Shown here piece by piece: positions 60,552 through 64,000 of a DNA stretch of 64,000 nt. Position 1 is the stretch's first letter. Every line of letters starts with the position of its first letter. This stretch comes from an uncultured Actinomycetota bacterium (lineage in GTDB: Bacteria; Actinomycetota; Actinomycetes; JAFAQI01). The notes beneath the pieces are model-generated. The model had not been told where the DNA came from. It ran no database searches and was given only the letters and a program-made list of their open reading frames with translations. Position numbers and translations under genes: made by a program. Location of the stretch: positions 84,993 to 148,992 of the forward strand of contig CAWFEP010000014.1 of NCBI GenBank assembly GCA_963814845.1, in the 5' to 3' direction.

Positions 60552-62570
60552 CTATCGCCGGACGAATCGGCTGGCCCGCCGCCTGACCCGGTTAAGGGCC
60601 GACCGCCGGCCGTAACCCGGCGGCAACGGCACCACTTCCTGGCGCCGTGCCGGGTCGAAGTCGGCCGCGACGATGCGCCCACGAGCGTCGACATCGACAA
60701 CGCCCAGCAAGACTCGACCGCGTGCCCCGCGGGTGTCGCCTGCGAGGGTGTATCGAGCCGGACCGAAACGGGTCGAGCGCTCAGCGACGGACGCCCTCGG
60801 TGCGGTACGCAGCCGCAGCACGACGCCGTCGGTGGTGGCGATGATCGCGCCAGGGCAACGATCCACCACGATGTCGCCGGCGAGCAGGAACAACTGGACC
60901 GCGCGCCGACCCGCACTCGGTGCGATCTCCACATCGACCCGCGCGGTCAGCCGCTGCCGCGCCACGACCGGCGGACCGATCGGGCGCTCGCACATCGCGC
61001 CGAGCAGCGTGTGCTTGCGTTGCCCGACATCGAGGGAGACCCCACACTCGGGGGTCAGGAATGGGACGACGGTGATCCGCTCTCGCCCGACGATTGCAGC
61101 ACTCGGCATCGAAGCCGGAGATGCCTGATCGGAGCGAAGCCGGGTGCGCAGCTCCATCCCCAAGCCCGCGAAGCGGACGCTGATGTTCCACAACGCCCGC
61201 GGCAACGGTCCCCCGCCGGCAAGTGTCGCGGGATCGAGGTCGGCCCCAAGGGCGACCACCAGACGTTTGGCGCCCCGCTCGTCGCCTGGGACGTCGCGAA
61301 GCTCGGCCCGGTACGTCGTCGGGACGAACCAGTCCTCGTCGCTTCGCCGGTTGACCACGCGAACCCAGACTCGCGCGTTGATCAGCTCAGCCGTGCTCAC
61401 GACCACGTCCTCCTGCAGCTCCGCAGGAAGTAGTAGCGAGTCGACGCTCCAGCGGTCCGCCCCGACCGAGATGAAGCGCACTGGCGAGTCGTCACCGAGC
61501 ACGAGCTCGGTCTCGATCTCGGCGTGCCACCGATCGTCCGCCCAGCGCATCGAGATCAGCGCCGCCCGGGCTCGGACCTGGTCGGCTCTGGCGTTGAAGT
61601 CGCGCAACAACTCGATCTGGCCGTGACGTACCAGGGCCGCGCGGACGCGCAGGGCCAACCCGAGCTGATCGCCGAACCCGGGTGGGAATCGCTCGAGCAG
61701 CAACGTGCGGATCACGTCGAACTGCTCTTGGCCCTGGACGGTCGGCGCAGACCCGAACGGGCTTCGTTGCGTGAGGCGAGACAACATCTCCTGTCGCAGC
61801 GGGCGCTCGAGCAGCTGATCTCGCTGCGGACCCGGCGAGGTGTACTTGTCGATCACATCGATGACCTCACGCAGATACGCGAAATAAACTTTCGGCTCGA
61901 CGCGGGCAGTGGCCGCATTGCCATGGTCGTCGCGGCGAGTGTGGTGATAGCAGGTGTAGTCACTGAGGACCGCGATTTTCGATGCCAGGAAGTACGCCTC
62001 GAGCACGAAGACGTGATCCTCGAGCCGCCGTTTCCCCTCTGGATATCTCAGCTTGTGCTGGTCGAGGAAACTGCGCCGAAACAGCTTGTGCGGCTTCAAG
62101 CTCGTCATCAGTGGCGACGCCCACAGCGTGGCGTCGGTCATGTTGGCGACGAACAGCTCTTGCGGGTTGGGGCGGTTGTGACCGACGGTCTTCCCGATCA
62201 GAATGTCGGCGGCAGCATCATCGGCGAAGGCGACCATCCGTTCGAGTGCCTCTGGCCCGAGCCAGTCGTCGTGGTCGCAGAAGTAGACGTACCTGCCGAC
62301 CGCATTGTCGATGCCGACGTTGCGGGGCCGCCCGGGCCAGCCTGAGTTCGGCTCGTGGAACACGCGGATGTTGGGCTCATCGGCCGCGAGCTGGTCGAGC
62401 CTTGCTGGCGTGTCATCGGTCGAGCCGTCATCGACGAAGATCGCCTCGTAGCGCTCGCGGGGAAGGGTTTGGGCCAGGATCGAGCCGATGCAGCGCTCGA
62501 TCAGAGCGCCCGGGTTGTAAACCGGAATCACGACGCTCACGGCCACAGCGGTGCCCGGCTCGGAGCTCAC
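60552..62570 (-). CDS. Family 2 glycosyltransferase with ~440-aa C-terminal extension
   Basis: VSVVIPVYNPGALIERCIGSILAQTL…YEAIFVDDGSTDDT…GWPGRPRNVGIDNAVGRYVYFCDHDDWL is the GT2 DxD pattern. The remaining two thirds has no recognisable family. Confidence 0.85.
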   Translation of the reverse strand: MSSEPGTAVAVSVVIPVYNPGALIERCIGSILAQTLPRERYEAIFVDDGSTDDTPARLDQLAADEPNIRVFHEPNSGWPGRPRNVGIDNAVGRYVYFCDHDDWLGPEALERMVAFADDAAADILIGKTVGHNRPNPQELFVANMTDATLWASPLMTSLKPHKLFRRSFLDQHKLRYPEGKRRLEDHVFVLEAYFLASKIAVLSDYTCYHHTRRDDHGNAATARVEPKVYFAYLREVIDVIDKYTSPGPQRDQLLERPLRQEMLSRLTQRSPFGSAPTVQGQEQFDVIRTLLLERFPPGFGDQLGLALRVRAALVRHGQIELLRDFNARADQVRARAALISMRWADDRWHAEIETELVLGDDSPVRFISVGADRWSVDSLLLPAELQEDVVVSTAELINARVWVRVVNRRSDEDWFVPTTYRAELRDVPGDERGAKRLVVALGADLDPATLAGGGPLPRALWNISVRFAGLGMELRTRLRSDQASPASMPSAAIVGRERITVVPFLTPECGVSLDVGQRKHTLLGAMCERPIGPPVVARQRLTARVDVEIAPSAGRRAVQLFLLAGDIVVDRCPGAIIATTDGVVLRLRTAPRASVAERSTRFGPARYTLAGDTRGARGRVLLGVVDVDARGRIVAADFDPARRQEVVPLPPGYGRRSALNRVRRRASRFVRR

Positions 62571-62591
62571 TGCCCCAGGTTACGAGGGTTA

Positions 62592-63986
62592 CTACTTGTA
62601 GTAGTTGTAGTGCCCGCCCTGGCCCCAGGTGTATTTCGCGATCGTCACGTCGCGTGCGGTCCGCAGCCAGATCGTGCCACCGGAGTTCGGCAGCTGGTTG
62701 GGGATGTTGTCCCAGAAGCGCTTTAGCGGGGTGTTGCGGCCCTTGCCTTGGCAGTGGATGGTCAAGGTGGCATGGCCGGCGAGGTCGCCAGAGAGGTTGA
62801 GCACTCGCCCATCCATGTCGATCACGTCGCCAGTCAGCCCGACGCTGTCATTGCTCGGATTGTGCACCTTGACCAGCTCGCGGCCATGGTCGTTGGCACC
62901 GTCGTTGACCGTGAGCGACAGCGGCGCTGGCATCGCGCAATCGACGACGCAGGGGTAGGTCGCCCAGGCACGGAAGTCGAGCGCGGGGTCAACGAGGAAC
63001 AGGCCGCCCCCGCCCGGGTAGGCGTTGCGGGGGTGCGCACCGGGACCGCCATGGCCCATCGGCGCATTGCCGAAGTAGTTTGCCGACGCGTTGCCAGCGC
63101 CGATCGTGCGGCCGTTGTCGAAGAAGATGTCCTTCGCCGGCCGGCTCGTGCCGTGCGACGGGTGGATCACCAGCGTGTGACCGGGCCGCAGGACCGTGCC
63201 CTTGGGCAACACCATGTAGGTGTGCTGGCCCTTGATGTTGATCTCGCTGCCGCCCGCGAAGTAGTGCGAGCCATCGCGAACTGCCCAGTGCGACAGGTTC
63301 ACGCTCTGGGTGCCGATGTTGCGGACGTCGAATGACTCCTCGTGCGCCGTGGCGGGGTCATCCGGGCCGTTGGTCTTCCACACGATCCACGACTGGAACT
63401 GCGCGCCCTGGCTGTACTTGCTGGAGCACTTGCTCGGGTCGCCCCACATCCCGCGACCCTCATACATCGCGGCCTGCTCATCGCGGATGTAGCTCGCGAG
63501 GTGTGCGGTCTCGATCGACTCAGCCTTGTACATCGCGTCGCCGGCTTTGAGCTCAGCGGCCTGTACGTCAACCCAATGGCCGTTGACCCAGGAGTCGACG
63601 TACTTCACATACCGGGTCTTGCCGTTGCCGGTCAGGTCGTGGTTGATCGTTGCCGCGTAGGACGACAGCCGCACCTTGCGGCCGCGCGGCATCAGCCGGC
63701 GGAAGAAGTCCATACCGGCGAGGCTCCAGCACTCTGCCTTGGAGCCGTTGTGCGAGATCTCAGTGGCCTGGATGCCCGCGTTGCGGACCACCATGACGTG
63801 GCCCTTGGTGCCCCCTGGGCAGCCACTCGTCAGGCGGACGTTGACCGTGTCGCCGTCATCGACCTTCGACACCGTGCCGTAGCAGTAGATGAGGTGGCGA
63901 TCCACGCTGGCGTGGCTACCCGCGGCAGAGCCCGAGGTCAGGCCGAACGGTGAAGCCAGCATCGCACCGAGCAAACCGACGCTCAC
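62592..63986 (-). CDS. Secreted thermonuclease (SNase-like) fused to two lamin-tail-like domains; N-terminus at window edge
   Basis: SNase part: …GTVSKVDDGDTVNVRL…VRNAGIQATE…RKVRLSS…TRYVKYVD…GDAMYKAES…DEQAAMYEGRGMWGDP. LTD-like parts: …FDVRNIGTQSVNLSHWAVRDGSHYF…VLPKGTVLRPGHTLVIH… and …ELVKVHNPSNDSVGLTGDVIDMDGRVLNL…LAGHATLTIH…. Confidence 0.75.
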   Translation of the reverse strand: MSVGLLGAMLASPFGLTSGSAAGSHASVDRHLIYCYGTVSKVDDGDTVNVRLTSGCPGGTKGHVMVVRNAGIQATEISHNGSKAECWSLAGMDFFRRLMPRGRKVRLSSYAATINHDLTGNGKTRYVKYVDSWVNGHWVDVQAAELKAGDAMYKAESIETAHLASYIRDEQAAMYEGRGMWGDPSKCSSKYSQGAQFQSWIVWKTNGPDDPATAHEESFDVRNIGTQSVNLSHWAVRDGSHYFAGGSEINIKGQHTYMVLPKGTVLRPGHTLVIHPSHGTSRPAKDIFFDNGRTIGAGNASANYFGNAPMGHGGPGAHPRNAYPGGGGLFLVDPALDFRAWATYPCVVDCAMPAPLSLTVNDGANDHGRELVKVHNPSNDSVGLTGDVIDMDGRVLNLSGDLAGHATLTIHCQGKGRNTPLKRFWDNIPNQLPNSGGTIWLRTARDVTIAKYTWGQGGHYNYYK

Positions 63987-64000
63987 GCCGACTCTCGCGG

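Overview
The window looks like a high-GC chromosomal segment of Actinomycetota type. This is inferred from F420/LLM oxidoreductases, a SARP regulator, a Tat-like signal and GTG/TTG starts with 4-nt gene overlaps. I called about 55 protein-coding loci. I found no rRNA, no intact tRNA and no CRISPR array.

**Content, left to right**
- An accessory patch at 0.4-4.9 kb holds one complete IS256-family element, a perfect 4 x 20-bp tandem repeat, and an orphan 535-aa ORF bracketed by two tRNA/tmRNA-3'-end-like direct repeats.
- Next come a LysR/VOC pair and an ABC system with two ATPases and a giant FtsX permease.
- Two secreted Cys-pair repeat proteins flank a Met-rich membrane protein.
- An Hpt / REC-GGDEF / hybrid-kinase operon follows.
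- An ALDH-DUF779 operon sits next to a GAF regulator.
- A DrrAB-like exporter lies beside a SARP/NB-ARC/TPR regulator.
- A hutF-amidohydrolase block, several LLM oxidoreductases and an AKR follow.
- A 7-gene tungstate/molybdate-type ABC cluster carries an embedded ExbB/DUF2149 pair.
- The window ends with a surface cluster: a collagen-like protein, a long GT2 and a nuclease with lamin-tail domains.

**Main observations**
1. Frame disruption is very uneven. Some genes are shattered, including the hybrid kinase, ALDH/DUF779, AKR and the tup-ExbB cluster. One of them also carries an in-frame TAG. Neighbouring genes of up to 1000 codons are intact.
2. There are five GGDEF proteins in 35 kb, all with an RxxD I-site.
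3. Three 11-bp palindromes sit at exact 31-bp spacing upstream of an LLM gene.
4. Two Shine-Dalgarno-preceded mini-ORFs both end in AG(W/H)KF, just upstream of a GGDEF-EAL gene.
5. An ExbB/ExbD-like module is embedded in an oxyanion ABC importer operon.

All family calls rest on motif recognition by eye. No searches were run.
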